DNA from: an uncultured Gammaproteobacteria bacterium
GTDB taxonomy: Bacteria > Patescibacteriota > Patescibacteriia > UBA9934
DNA length: 64,000 nt
Reading direction: 5' to 3'
NCBI GenBank assembly: GCA_964452565.1
Contig: CAYVLY010000001.1
Location: 78,638-142,637 of the forward strand
Position 1 is the first letter of the stretch. Each line of letters starts with the position of its first letter. Below the pieces are notes generated by a model, which saw nothing but the letters and a program-made list of their open reading frames with translations, was not told the origin of the DNA and searched no databases. Shown here one piece after another: positions 35,933-44,978 of this stretch. The translations under genes and the position numbers were made by a program.

Positions 35933-36610
35933 ATGGGGGACGAGATGGACCAGCATAGCTTCTGGAGCCCAAAACCTGACCATGATGCAATGGTCTACTG
36001 GCTCTTCTCAGGCTTTCTGAATTCAGATTTCAATGCGCAAGTACTTGTAAAGGGATGCCTTCAGCATGTACGAGTGTTTGGAATGTGGTGCCGTGAGGAT
36101 TTCCACAGCAAGGAAGACACTAGTGGAGCCTTTAACTGGACTGACCACGAATGGACATGGTATGCACATAGGCAGCCAGAGCGAGCTGCTGATGGGTATG
36201 TGGTTGGACAGTACTTCCAGAAATCGCCCATCAAGGCAGATACATCGTTGGTCCGAGGTTCCCAAACACATATTCGAACACTGGCCTATAGGGTGTTTCA
36301 CCAGAATCTGGTGCCTGAAAATGCTGCAAGTATCACCACGGCCACTGCTCATCCCATTGAGGTTAGAAGACTGATCCCATCGATCATCGACACCTCGAAA
36401 ACCTTCAGTTTCTCCCCAATGAGTTTTTCACTGGGCGATTCTGATGAAGTAATTGCATGCTCAGTGGGCATCTTCCATTGCTACAAATCCAAACCTCGTG
36501 CCCCAAGATTCATCTGGGCTGGAGAGGTCTTGATTGATGGCATGTGGTATCTAGCAATAGCTACCATTCGGATAAAGAGACCCACAATCCTTCGCATCTA
36601 CGGACTCTAG
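35933..36610 (+). CDS. Hypothetical protein
   Basis: ORF only, Trp/His-rich. Confidence 0.4.
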   Translation: MGDEMDQHSFWSPKPDHDAMVYWLFSGFLNSDFNAQVLVKGCLQHVRVFGMWCREDFHSKEDTSGAFNWTDHEWTWYAHRQPERAADGYVVGQYFQKSPIKADTSLVRGSQTHIRTLAYRVFHQNLVPENAASITTATAHPIEVRRLIPSIIDTSKTFSFSPMSFSLGDSDEVIACSVGIFHCYKSKPRAPRFIWAGEVLIDGMWYLAIATIRIKRPTILRIYGL

Positions 36611-36684
36611 CGCTGCTCTCATGCGGCGCTTTCATGCTTTTTTATAACAATAGGCGGTATAAAAGTTTGTTTATCAACCATCTA

Positions 36685-36718
36685 CTGCATACTGCCTACT
36701 TTTGATATAATCAACCCA
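36685..36718 (+). promoter_or_regulatory. Promoter module ctgcatactgcctacttttgaTATAATcaaccca (extended -10 TGATATAAT), ATG 9 nt downstream (leaderless-like); copy 1
   Basis: Near-identical module at 38276..38323. Confidence 0.55.
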
Positions 36719-36720
36719 CT

Positions 36721-38103
36721 ATGCCTATCAAACTCTATAATACACTTACGCGGCAGAAGGAGGGTCTTAAGCCGATAATCAAGGGAAAAGTCGGGCTTTA
36801 TTCTTGTGGACCAACAGTTTATCTTCGAGCTAGTATTGGAAATCTTCGAGCTTATGTGTTTGTTGATCTTCTAAAACGTGCACTTAGATTGAATGATCTT
36901 GAAGTAAAGCATGTGATGAACATAACAGATGTTGGTCATTTGGTTGGTGATGAATCAGAAGGTGAAGATAAACTTGAAAAGACATCTCGAGAGACTGGGA
37001 AAACAGCTTGGGATATTGCCAAAGAGTACACCGATCTTTTCATGAAGGACATGAAGAAGCTCAATATTATAGAACCTGATGTGATACCAAAAGCAACTGA
37101 TCATATTGAACAGCAGATCGAGCTCATCAAAGTCCTAGAAGAGAAAGGATTCACTTATCAAACATCAGACGGCATTTATTTTGATACTTCGAAGTTGGAT
37201 GATTACGGCAAGCTCTCAGGTCAGAAGCTTGAAGAAAAAGAAGAAGGCGCGCGGGTTGAAAAAAATCCAGAAAAGAAAAACGCTACTGACTTTGCGCTTT
37301 GGAAGTTCTCGCCTAAAGATCAAAAGCGTCAGATGGAGTGGGAGTCACCCTGGGGGATTGGTTTTCCAGGCTGGCATATTGAATGTTCTGCGATGAGTGA
37401 GGAGTATCTTGGCGTGCCGTTCGATATTCACACTGGAGGAATAGATCACATTCCAGTTCATCACCCTAATGAGATTGCTCAGACTGAAGCAGCTCGTGGC
37501 AAGCCATTGTCTAACATCTGGATGCATAATGAGTTTTTACAGATCGATGGCGGAAAAATGTCAAAGTCACTTAGAAATGTGTACTCGCTCGATAATTTAA
37601 AGGAAAAAGGCTTTGAGCCACTTACATATCGATATTTCTTGCTTGGAGCGCATTATCGTCAAAAGCAAAACTTTACATGGGAATCGATTGAAGCTGCGCA
37701 GAATGCTTTGAACAAGCTTCGAAAGCTAATTATTGAACTTCCTCACGGTAATGATATTAGCGAGAGCTATGAGTCTCAGCTGATTGATCGCATTAATGAT
37801 GATTTGGATATCCCTGGTGTATTATCAGTGCTGTGGACAATGCTAAAGGACAAAGATCTAAAGCCAGGAACAAAGTATGCAACTGCAATGAAATTTGATG
37901 AGGTTTTAGGGCTTGAGTTGTCAGATCTTGAAAAACAGCAAATCGAAATACCGCAAGAGGTCCATGATTTGCTTGAGCTTCGAAAGAAGGCGCGTGAAGA
38001 AAAGAATTGGGACTTGTCAGATGAGATTCGCGATAAAATTAAAGATCATGGTTTTGAAGTAAAGGACTCAGATGAGGGTCAAGATCTAGAGGCGATTGTT
38101 TAG
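36721..38103 (+). CDS. cysS: Cysteinyl-tRNA synthetase (HIGH motif replaced by SIGN; KMSKS intact)
   Basis: CGPTVY..SIGN, zinc ligands ([26 protein letters not shown]), KMSKSLRN. Confidence 0.9.
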   Translation: MPIKLYNTLTRQKEGLKPIIKGKVGLYSCGPTVYLRASIGNLRAYVFVDLLKRALRLNDLEVKHVMNITDVGHLVGDESEGEDKLEKTSRETGKTAWDIAKEYTDLFMKDMKKLNIIEPDVIPKATDHIEQQIELIKVLEEKGFTYQTSDGIYFDTSKLDDYGKLSGQKLEEKEEGARVEKNPEKKNATDFALWKFSPKDQKRQMEWESPWGIGFPGWHIECSAMSEEYLGVPFDIHTGGIDHIPVHHPNEIAQTEAARGKPLSNIWMHNEFLQIDGGKMSKSLRNVYSLDNLKEKGFEPLTYRYFLLGAHYRQKQNFTWESIEAAQNALNKLRKLIIELPHGNDISESYESQLIDRINDDLDIPGVLSVLWTMLKDKDLKPGTKYATAMKFDEVLGLELSDLEKQQIEIPQEVHDLLELRKKAREEKNWDLSDEIRDKIKDHGFEVKDSDEGQDLEAIV

Positions 38104-38104
38104 T

Positions 38105-38255
38105 GTACCTAATGGCATTCCGTCTCCCTGGCACCATCCCAACGTTAGGAGGTATCCCAGGTCTTATCGTTTCTAAATTAGATCGAACGGCCGGCCAAAG
38201 AATAATATCAAGCCGGCCGGGATCCCTCGGCATTCGCCTCGGGATGGACGTGCTC
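38105..38255. repeat. GC-rich palindromic repeat element (copy C), composite
   Basis: catcccaacgttaggaggtatcc motif, CGGCCGGC..GCCGGCCG hairpin, ends ..cgggatccctcggcattcgcctcgggatggacg. Confidence 0.6.
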
Positions 38256-38275
38256 GCAGTGTGGCTGAGATTTTA

Positions 38276-38323
38276 ACTGCATACTGCCTACTGCATACTG
38301 TATACTTTTGATATAATAAACCC
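38276..38323 (+). promoter_or_regulatory. Promoter module copy 2 with internal tandem duplication (ctgcatactgccta ctgcatactgtata) + cttttgaTATAATaaaccc, ATG 6 nt downstream
   Basis: TATAAT 38312..38317, ATG 38324. Confidence 0.55.
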
Positions 38324-38860
38324 ATGCCTGATGAGGAGGTAAAAGTCGAAAAGCAAACTAGTACGGCCCAAGAGCAAGGGCCTGATTTAGGTTTAGAAAG
38401 AGAGGTGCCAGCAGAAGTTAAAGAAGAGGTTCGTGAAGCTGAAAAAAAACCAGAGGCTAAACCTGAAAAGATTGAGCCAGAAAAGCCTCAGGAAGCTCCA
38501 GAAGTATCAGTTCCAAAAGCTGTTCCTGAAGAGCCAACTCAGGCACCAATAAAGAAAGATGAAATCTTAGTTGATCTAGAGGGTATTCTCGCAGATGATT
38601 TAACTGAAGTTTTTTTGGAGTTACCTGATGACAAGAAACTTGCTTTTAAGAAAAAGGGTGAGGAAGTTGCAATAAGAGTCTATGAGATGATCCACTCCGG
38701 AAAAGTTAAGGTTGGAAAGATTTTAGGTTGGATCCGCGAATGGCTTCGAATGATCCCAAGAGTTAATAAGTTTTTTATTGATCAAGAGGCTAAGATTAAG
38801 GCAGACAAGATTCTCACGTACGCAAGAGATCAACAAAAGCGTCGTCAAGATAAAATATGA
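38324..38860 (+). CDS. Hypothetical protein with acidic Pro/Glu/Lys-rich N-terminus
   Basis: ORF; 4-nt overlap (ATGA) with the next gene. Confidence 0.5.
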   Translation: MPDEEVKVEKQTSTAQEQGPDLGLEREVPAEVKEEVREAEKKPEAKPEKIEPEKPQEAPEVSVPKAVPEEPTQAPIKKDEILVDLEGILADDLTEVFLELPDDKKLAFKKKGEEVAIRVYEMIHSGKVKVGKILGWIREWLRMIPRVNKFFIDQEAKIKADKILTYARDQQKRRQDKI

Positions 38861-41355
38861 TCGAAGAGTTTTTAAACAATCCACTTATGCTGGTGTACCT
38901 GTTGCTAGGGGTTGTTTTGATTTTTGCAATCATTATAGCGGTGCTATTTTTTGTCAGAAAGTATTTAAGAAAGGGACAGATGATGCGTGGAGGCGAGTTC
39001 TCAGGCGTCACAATGATGATTACTGTGCCAAAGTTCAAAAGTGAAGCAGAATCAAAGAGTGATGAAAAGACAGCTGACATTAAGGAAGATATTGCAATAG
39101 CTGAGACATTTTTCGCTGCAATTGGTGGTCTAAAGCCTCAAAAAGGATTTAAGCCATGGCTTTACGGAAGAACAGATGAAATTGCACTTGAAATGGTTGC
39201 ACATGAAAAGGTTATAACGTTTTACATCACAGTTCCTCGCTACATGCAGAACTTTGTTGAGCAGCAACTTCATGCTCAATACAGTGCCGCAGCAATTGAA
39301 CCAGTGAAAGATTACAATATATTTTCACCAAGTGGAACCATTGTTGGTGGTTATTTGGTTTTGAAGCGTGAGAATGCATTACCTATCAAAACGTATACCG
39401 AAATGGAGGGCGATCCGCTTAATGCAATTACAAATGCTCTCTCAAAGGTTCCAGAAGGTGATGGTGTGGCTGTGCAGTACGTTGTTCGATCAGCAAGAGG
39501 AGAATGGCGGTCATTAGGAAAGAAGATCGTCAAGAACATGAAAAAGGGAATGGGCTATGAGGAAGCAAAGAAAGGAGGGGACTCTGGATGGGGAAAGATG
39601 CTAAAGTCTCAGGTATCAAAGACTGATGAGGGTCCAAAAGAGCCAAGGCAACTTTCTGCTACAGAGCAAAAGATGATGGAGGGAATTGAAAAGAAGGCCA
39701 GCAAGGCTGGGCTTGATATAAATGTAAGAATTGTTGCGAGCGCACAAAGCTCTGATGCTGCAACAATGTACTTGAATCAGGTTTTGCAGGCTTACAACCA
39801 GTACAACATTTACGAATACGGAAATTCATTTGAAAAGTCAGTTCCAAGACGTAGTACCTTAGTTCAAGATTTTATTTATCGAAAGTTAAGGAGTAAGTAT
39901 AAGCTCGTTCTTAATACTGAAGAGCTTGCTGGACTTTGGCATCTTCCAATTCCTTCAACTGAAACCCCGAATATCCGTTGGATGCTAGCAAGAACAGCGC
40001 CAGTACCGCCTGAGGTTCCAGATGAAGGTGATTTTAAGATTGGACACAATATATATCGTGGACATAAAACAGATGTTTTCATGAAAAATGAGGATCGTAC
40101 GCGACACATGTACGTCCTTGGTAAAACCGGTACTGGTAAATCTGTATTTTTGCGGTCAATGGCAATTCAGGATATTAAGAATGGAAAAGGTGTTGCTGTG
40201 ATTGATCCACATGGTGATTTAGTTGATGCAATCATGGGCCAGATCCCAAAGGAGCGCATTGATGATGTGATTTACTTTAATCCGTCTGACACGGAGAGGC
40301 CAATGGGTCTTAACATGCTTGAGGCTAAGAGTGAAGCTGATCGCGATTTTGCGGTGCAGGAGATGATCTCAATCTTCTACATGTTGTTCCCACCAGAGAT
40401 GATCGGTCCGATGTTTGAGCACAACATGCGTAACTTTATGCTGACTCTGATGGCTGATCAGGAGAATCCTGGAACAATTGCAGAGATACCGCGAATGATT
40501 TCAGACGAAAAGTTCCAAAAGAAGTGGGTGTCAAAAGTTAAAGATCCAGTCGTTAGATCCTTCTGGGAAGACGAAATGGCAAAGACTTCTGATTATCATA
40601 AGTCTGAGATGATGGGATATCTTGTATCAAAAGTTGGTCGTTTTGTAGAAAACGAGATGATGCGTAACATCATCGGTCAGTCAAAATCAGCATTTAACTT
40701 TCGCGAGATAATGGACGAGGGCAAGATTTTGCTTGTGAACCTTTCGAAAGGTAAAACTGGTGATGTAAACGGAAACCTACTTGGACTAATCATGGTATCG
40801 AAGCTCCAAATGGCAGCGTTTGGCCGAGCAGACATGGCAGAGGAGGATCGAAAAGATTTCTTCTTGTATGTTGATGAGTTCCAAAACTTTATTACGCCTT
40901 CAATCGCGACAATCCTGTCTGAGGCTAGAAAGTATCGATTAAATCTTATAATGGCCCATCAGTACATGGGGCAATTAATAAAAGACGGTAAGACTGAGAC
41001 GCGGGATGCCATTTTAGGTAACGTTGGAACAACGCTTGTATCAAGAATTGGTCCAGAGGATGTTGAGATTTTATCGAAAATATATGAACCGACTCTATCT
41101 GGTTATGATTTGATGAATAATGAGGAGTTTGCATGGAATGCGCGTATCATTGTAGATATGTCACAAACAAAGCCATTTACACTGAAGGCAGAGTGGCCAG
41201 GAAAGCATAATCAAAAGTTAACCGATGCTCTTAAGGAGGTATCTCGACTTACATATGGACGGCCAAAGGATTTGGTTGAGCGTGGAATCGCACTGCGAGC
41301 GGGAATTGGAGCAAAGCGTGAAGTAACAAAGCCTCCGATGCCAACAGGGCGATAG
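38857..41355 (+). CDS. Fused membrane N-domain + VirD4/TraG/TraD-like coupling ATPase (paralog of 16432..18033 + 18035..20125)
   Basis: N-terminal TM; Walker A VLGKTGTGKSV, Walker B YVDEFQNF, MAHQY; N-terminal 350 aa homologous to ORF 16432..18033. Confidence 0.8.
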   Translation: MIEEFLNNPLMLVYLLLGVVLIFAIIIAVLFFVRKYLRKGQMMRGGEFSGVTMMITVPKFKSEAESKSDEKTADIKEDIAIAETFFAAIGGLKPQKGFKPWLYGRTDEIALEMVAHEKVITFYITVPRYMQNFVEQQLHAQYSAAAIEPVKDYNIFSPSGTIVGGYLVLKRENALPIKTYTEMEGDPLNAITNALSKVPEGDGVAVQYVVRSARGEWRSLGKKIVKNMKKGMGYEEAKKGGDSGWGKMLKSQVSKTDEGPKEPRQLSATEQKMMEGIEKKASKAGLDINVRIVASAQSSDAATMYLNQVLQAYNQYNIYEYGNSFEKSVPRRSTLVQDFIYRKLRSKYKLVLNTEELAGLWHLPIPSTETPNIRWMLARTAPVPPEVPDEGDFKIGHNIYRGHKTDVFMKNEDRTRHMYVLGKTGTGKSVFLRSMAIQDIKNGKGVAVIDPHGDLVDAIMGQIPKERIDDVIYFNPSDTERPMGLNMLEAKSEADRDFAVQEMISIFYMLFPPEMIGPMFEHNMRNFMLTLMADQENPGTIAEIPRMISDEKFQKKWVSKVKDPVVRSFWEDEMAKTSDYHKSEMMGYLVSKVGRFVENEMMRNIIGQSKSAFNFREIMDEGKILLVNLSKGKTGDVNGNLLGLIMVSKLQMAAFGRADMAEEDRKDFFLYVDEFQNFITPSIATILSEARKYRLNLIMAHQYMGQLIKDGKTETRDAILGNVGTTLVSRIGPEDVEILSKIYEPTLSGYDLMNNEEFAWNARIIVDMSQTKPFTLKAEWPGKHNQKLTDALKEVSRLTYGRPKDLVERGIALRAGIGAKREVTKPPMPTGR

Positions 41356-41370
41356 AAATTAGAAAGCATG

Positions 41371-41398
41371 AACCGCACCTCAAGGGGTGCGGTTTTCG
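41371..41398. terminator. Bidirectional terminator AACCGCACC-tcaagg-GGTGCGGTT + TTTCG
   Basis: 9-bp stem between convergent genes. Confidence 0.65.
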
Positions 41399-41414
41399 AA
41401 TCGTACGAGTTGGT

Positions 41415-41942
41415 CTACTGGGCGTAGTATAGAGTGCTTGTGTACGATATGCAGTTGTAGAAGAAGTGAAGTGCCCAGCAGCAGGCTAGTCCGACCAGGA
41501 TGCCCCAACCACCTCTCCAGCCGCCGCACTTCAGATAAACGATATGTAGCGCGATTCCGAGCGGCAGGTAGGTGAAAAGCGCCATCAGGACTCCCATCGA
41601 GCCGAGTGTATGGAGAATTGAGAAGATCACGGATGAAGTGATGATCAACGGCAGTATCACGAACCTATGTGTTCCAGCGATCCACTTCGCGACAGCAGTA
41701 GTCAGTACCCGTCCCACCAGTTCTTCGAAAAGAGACTGGAGGGGTGTGACGAAGATCATGACCAGGATCATGTCGTGAACCAGCTCAGGGTAGCGCTCGG
41801 GCCGCGGCTCGTGCATGACGTAGATTGCGACCAGTGGTTTGATCTGTGCGTAGATCGTCAGGGCGAGAAGCGTTATGCCAAGCATTACGATCAGCTCGCT
41901 GGCCTTGGGCTTTTCTTCGATCCAGTTCAGGAACGTGTTCAC
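41415..41942 (-). CDS. CPBP-family intramembrane glutamic endopeptidase (CAAX protease-like)
   Basis: Motifs EELVGR, FSILH, HFFYN in the canonical order; GC-rich. Confidence 0.65.
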   Translation of the reverse strand: MNTFLNWIEEKPKASELIVMLGITLLALTIYAQIKPLVAIYVMHEPRPERYPELVHDMILVMIFVTPLQSLFEELVGRVLTTAVAKWIAGTHRFVILPLIITSSVIFSILHTLGSMGVLMALFTYLPLGIALHIVYLKCGGWRGGWGILVGLACCWALHFFYNCISYTSTLYYAQ

Positions 41943-41997
41943 GGTGTACCTCCGGGGTTGTTTAGCGAACAGATGATATTAGACCACAAATGTAGTT

Positions 41998-42028
41998 TTG
42001 TCAATCATAATTGCAAGTGTGGTAAAAT
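41998..42028 (+). promoter_or_regulatory. Promoter TTGTCA ... TGGTAAAAT (extended -10) ending 9 nt before the dnaX ATG
   Basis: Sequence match. Confidence 0.45.
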
Positions 42029-42037
42029 GATCCGCGT

Positions 42038-43531
42038 ATGAGTCAAGCGCTTTATCGAAAATATAGACCATCGCAGTTTAGCGATGTTTTTGGTCAAAAA
42101 CATGTTGTTCAGACCATTCAGAATCAGATCGCTGATGAGAATGTTGCGCACGCTTATCTTTTTGCAGGCCCTCGTGGGATTGGTAAGACAACGATTGCAC
42201 GGTTGTTGGCTAAGACTGTTAATTGCGAAGATCGTAAAGGTAAGCCAGAGGCCTGTGGGAAGTGTAAGCATTGTGAGGCGTTTAATAAGAACAATGCGCT
42301 GGATATTGTTGAAATAGATGCTGCAAGTAATACGGGTGTGGACAATGTTCGTGAGAATATTATCGAAGCCATAAGGTTTGCGCCAACAACCGGATCCTTC
42401 AAGGTTTTTATTATTGATGAGGTTCACATGCTTTCAGCAAGTGCTTTTAATGCGCTTTTGAAAACTCTGGAAGAGCCGCCTGAATATGGAATATTTGTTT
42501 TGGCTACAACTGAGATTCACAAGATTCCACAAACAATTATTTCAAGGTGTCAGCGTTTTGATCTTCATAGATTGACTGAGGATGAGATTGTTAAGCGTTT
42601 GAATTCAATTCTAAAGGCTGAGAAAATTAAGGCCGATGATTCAGTGCTAAAGACTGTCGCGAAGCTCTCAGAGGGCTGCCTGCGTGATGCTGAGAGTCTT
42701 TTGAGCCAGATCATGGCACTTGGTGAGAAGGAGATAACTGAGGACCTAGCTTCGATCGTCTTACCGCGTACAAACACTCAAACTGTTGAGAATATACTGC
42801 AGTTCTGCGAGGTGTCAGATGCTTCTGCTGCAATTAGTGAATTGTTGGAATTTATCGAGCAAGGCGGGTCTGTAAAAAGATTGAATGACGATCTCATCGA
42901 AGAGTGTAGATTAAAAATGATGGAAAACTTAGGTCAAGACATGTCAAAGGTCGCATGGTTTAGATCAGCCCTTGAGGAATTCTTAAAGGCACGGACAACA
43001 TCGGCACCTGAGACGATCCCACATTTATCGCTTGAGCTGGCAATTGTAGAAATTTGTGGGGCGGGCAAGTCAAATCTCCCCCTTCCCAAGGGGGAGGAAG
43101 AGGGGGTTGCCGATGATAAAATCAAACAAGATTCGACCCCCCTCCTTGCGAAGGAGGGGTTGGGGGAGGTCACTAATCAAACCACGGAGGAAAAGAATAC
43201 GGCCTCCAGTGCCGTATTTAACATTGAGGACCTTCGATCAAAGTGGAAGCGTTGCTGCGATGAAGTTTCAAAAACAAACATTGCATTGCCTTTAGCTTTG
43301 AAAGACGCCCAGCTTATCGAAATAAATGATCAAGGATTAGTGATGGGTTTTGAGCGGCAATTTCATTTTGATTCAGTAAGTCAGCGTAAGAATCTCGACG
43401 TGGTCTCTGACGCGATCGAGCGAGTGATTGGGGCTAAGCTCGTCATTTTTACAAAGTTTATAGACGCCAAGGAGGACGAGGTGCCAATCCAGAATCTAGC
43501 TGCCGCCTTTGGTGGATCTGTAGTCGATTAG
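42038..43531 (+). CDS. dnaX: DNA polymerase III subunit gamma/tau
   Basis: AAA+ Walker A GPRGIGKTT, zinc-module CEDRKGKPEACGKCKHC, sensor motifs; GC-rich palindromic insertion inside the linker at 43073..43172. Confidence 0.9.
   Translation: MSQALYRKYRPSQFSDVFGQKHVVQTIQNQIADENVAHAYLFAGPRGIGKTTIARLLAKTVNCEDRKGKPEACGKCKHCEAFNKNNALDIVEIDAASNTGVDNVRENIIEAIRFAPTTGSFKVFIIDEVHMLSASAFNALLKTLEEPPEYGIFVLATTEIHKIPQTIISRCQRFDLHRLTEDEIVKRLNSILKAEKIKADDSVLKTVAKLSEGCLRDAESLLSQIMALGEKEITEDLASIVLPRTNTQTVENILQFCEVSDASAAISELLEFIEQGGSVKRLNDDLIEECRLKMMENLGQDMSKVAWFRSALEEFLKARTTSAPETIPHLSLELAIVEICGAGKSNLPLPKGEEEGVADDKIKQDSTPLLAKEGLGEVTNQTTEEKNTASSAVFNIEDLRSKWKRCCDEVSKTNIALPLALKDAQLIEINDQGLVMGFERQFHFDSVSQRKNLDVVSDAIERVIGAKLVIFTKFIDAKEDEVPIQNLAAAFGGSVVD
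43073..43172 (+). repeat. Intragenic in-frame GC-rich hairpin pair (CTCCCCCTT-ccc-AAGGGGGAG; CCCCTCCTT-gcg-AAGGAGGGG) within dnaX, related to the intergenic repeat family
   Basis: Two 9-bp perfect stems; shares agggggttgccg with 35843..35856. Confidence 0.6.
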
Positions 43532-43544
43532 AAAAAACAGGACG

Positions 43545-44006
43545 CTAGTCCTGTTTTCTTATTATCTGTTCGAATTCTCTCAAAGCCTTTTTTTGACCTT
43601 TTAGGATGTGCGCACCGCGACGCTTGCTTTGTACTAGTTCGATCGCCTCATCTACTGTGTAGCCATTATGTATCAGATAGGCAGCTACCATTGTCGGCCC
43701 ACGACCGTGACCATTCATACAATGGATGTATATCTTCTTTCCAGCATCCATCAGTGATTTCATGGCTCGTACTCCTTGTAGTAATTGATCTTGGCTCGGA
43801 GCAGTTGCATCTGGCACTGGTAGCCAGAGATAGTATTCGATGCCAAATGGAGCATCAACACGCTCACCTTCAAGTGAGATGTCGGCGTAGACACCTTTTT
43901 CGATCAACTCCTGATCAAAGTGAACCTGGCAGCAGAAGTTGGTTCCTACAAATATCTGATCAGTAATCTGATCATAATCTAGTTTGTTGTGTGGCACATC
44001 TCCCAT
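43545..44006 (-). CDS. Dual-specificity/tyrosine protein phosphatase (CX5R)
   Basis: Active-site HCMNGHGRG P-loop. Confidence 0.7.
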   Translation of the reverse strand: MGDVPHNKLDYDQITDQIFVGTNFCCQVHFDQELIEKGVYADISLEGERVDAPFGIEYYLWLPVPDATAPSQDQLLQGVRAMKSLMDAGKKIYIHCMNGHGRGPTMVAAYLIHNGYTVDEAIELVQSKRRGAHILKGQKKALREFEQIIRKQD

Positions 44007-44072
44007 ATATTATAAGTCTATCACGCATTGACTAAAGTGTCCTTTTTAGGTATTATCGCTTCGCGCAATTAT

Positions 44073-44146
44073 TCCCGGATCGTCTAACGGCAGGACGTCT
44101 GGTTCTGGTCCAGAAAATCGGGGTTCGAATCCCTGTCCGGGAACCA
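44073..44146 (+). tRNA. tRNA-Gln (anticodon CTG), encoded CCA
   Basis: Acceptor tcccgga/tccggga, anticodon stem tctgg/ccaga with loop ttCTGgt, T-arm cggggttcgaatccctg. Confidence 0.85.
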
Positions 44147-44149
44147 AAA

Positions 44150-44177
44150 AACACCACTCAATGAGTGGTGTTTTTTG
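44150..44177 (+). terminator. Hairpin CACCACT-caatg-AGTGGTG + TTTTTTG
   Basis: Stem-loop followed by a T-run. Confidence 0.6.
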
Positions 44178-44182
44178 TATGC

Positions 44183-44211
44183 TTGACTTTTTCGATAAAA
44201 TAAGCTATAGT
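44183..44211 (+). promoter_or_regulatory. Promoter TTGACT-17-TATAGT
   Basis: Followed by GGAGGA RBS and ATG 44249. Confidence 0.5.
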
Positions 44212-44248
44212 CCTTTGTCTACCCAAAACCCGCAACCCTGGAGGAATC

Positions 44249-44533
44249 ATGAAGGGTATGGCCAATTGGTGGTGCTTCAAGCTGCTCGTGAGCCTCTGGA
44301 TCCGAGTATGCGCCACCTCCCGCTCTGACGAGCTGGCAACAGATGATGCTGCATTGGTCGAAGATACCAATGAGGCATCTGAGCTACTCCCACCCCTGCT
44401 GGAGCTTGTGTACGACAGCGGAGCCCCTCAGACACGAGGACTGCGTCTTCCAGAGACGCGCGATGATCTCATTCGTCGCCGATCCCATCTCGAGCTTAAG
44501 TGGAGTCGATCCGGGCGTCGCCAGGCCAGCTAG
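44249..44533 (+). CDS. Hypothetical small protein (GC-rich, next to tRNA-Gln)
   Basis: Good promoter and RBS; terminator-like hairpin CAGCGACCCA-tctc-TGGGTCGCTG at 44547..44570. Confidence 0.35.
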   Translation: MKGMANWWCFKLLVSLWIRVCATSRSDELATDDAALVEDTNEASELLPPLLELVYDSGAPQTRGLRLPETRDDLIRRRSHLELKWSRSGRRQAS

Positions 44534-44689
44534 AGTCCACCATCCGTTCGTATCAGCGACCCATCTCTGGGTCGCTGAAGTGCTTTTCAAAAACCACTAA
44601 TTTTTGCAAAATATTTATCAACAACTATTGACAAAAGGCCATTTTTATGCTAAAGTTATTGTGTTAACTTAATCTTAAAATATATTTAT

Positions 44690-44911
44690 ATGGTATATGG
44701 TAGAGTTGAAAGTGAAGATCCAAATGTTGCACGAATGCGTAAGCGTGCTGCAGAATCTCGAGATAAGAGACGTGCAGAAGCTGAGGGAGCAGAAGAGGAA
44801 GATACTCGAACCCCTGAGCAGGTTAACGCTGATGCACAGCGTGATGCAGATGCACGTGCGGCGGCAGCAGCAGGTGAAGCACCTGCAGAAGATGTGAAGG
44901 AAGCTGCATAA
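44690..44911 (+). CDS. Hypothetical small highly charged Ala/Glu/Arg/Asp-rich protein
   Basis: TTGACA-17-TAAAGT upstream; terminator hairpin + T-run at ~44925..44955. Confidence 0.4.
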   Translation: MVYGRVESEDPNVARMRKRAAESRDKRRAEAEGAEEEDTRTPEQVNADAQRDADARAAAAAGEAPAEDVKEAA

Positions 44912-44978
44912 AGATCTCAAATAAACAAAACAGGCCCTACGTGGGCTTGTTTTGTTTTTCATGATATTCTTTTTAGGT

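Noticed and set aside
43090-43130. Programmed -1 frameshift site in dnaX
   Set aside because: No A AAA AAG-type slippery heptamer seen; only the GC hairpins are present
44570-44592. Direct repeat of the tRNA-Gln 3' flank (caaaaa-ccact) as an att site
   Set aside because: Match is short and gapped relative to caaaaaacaccact; within chance for AT-rich sequence
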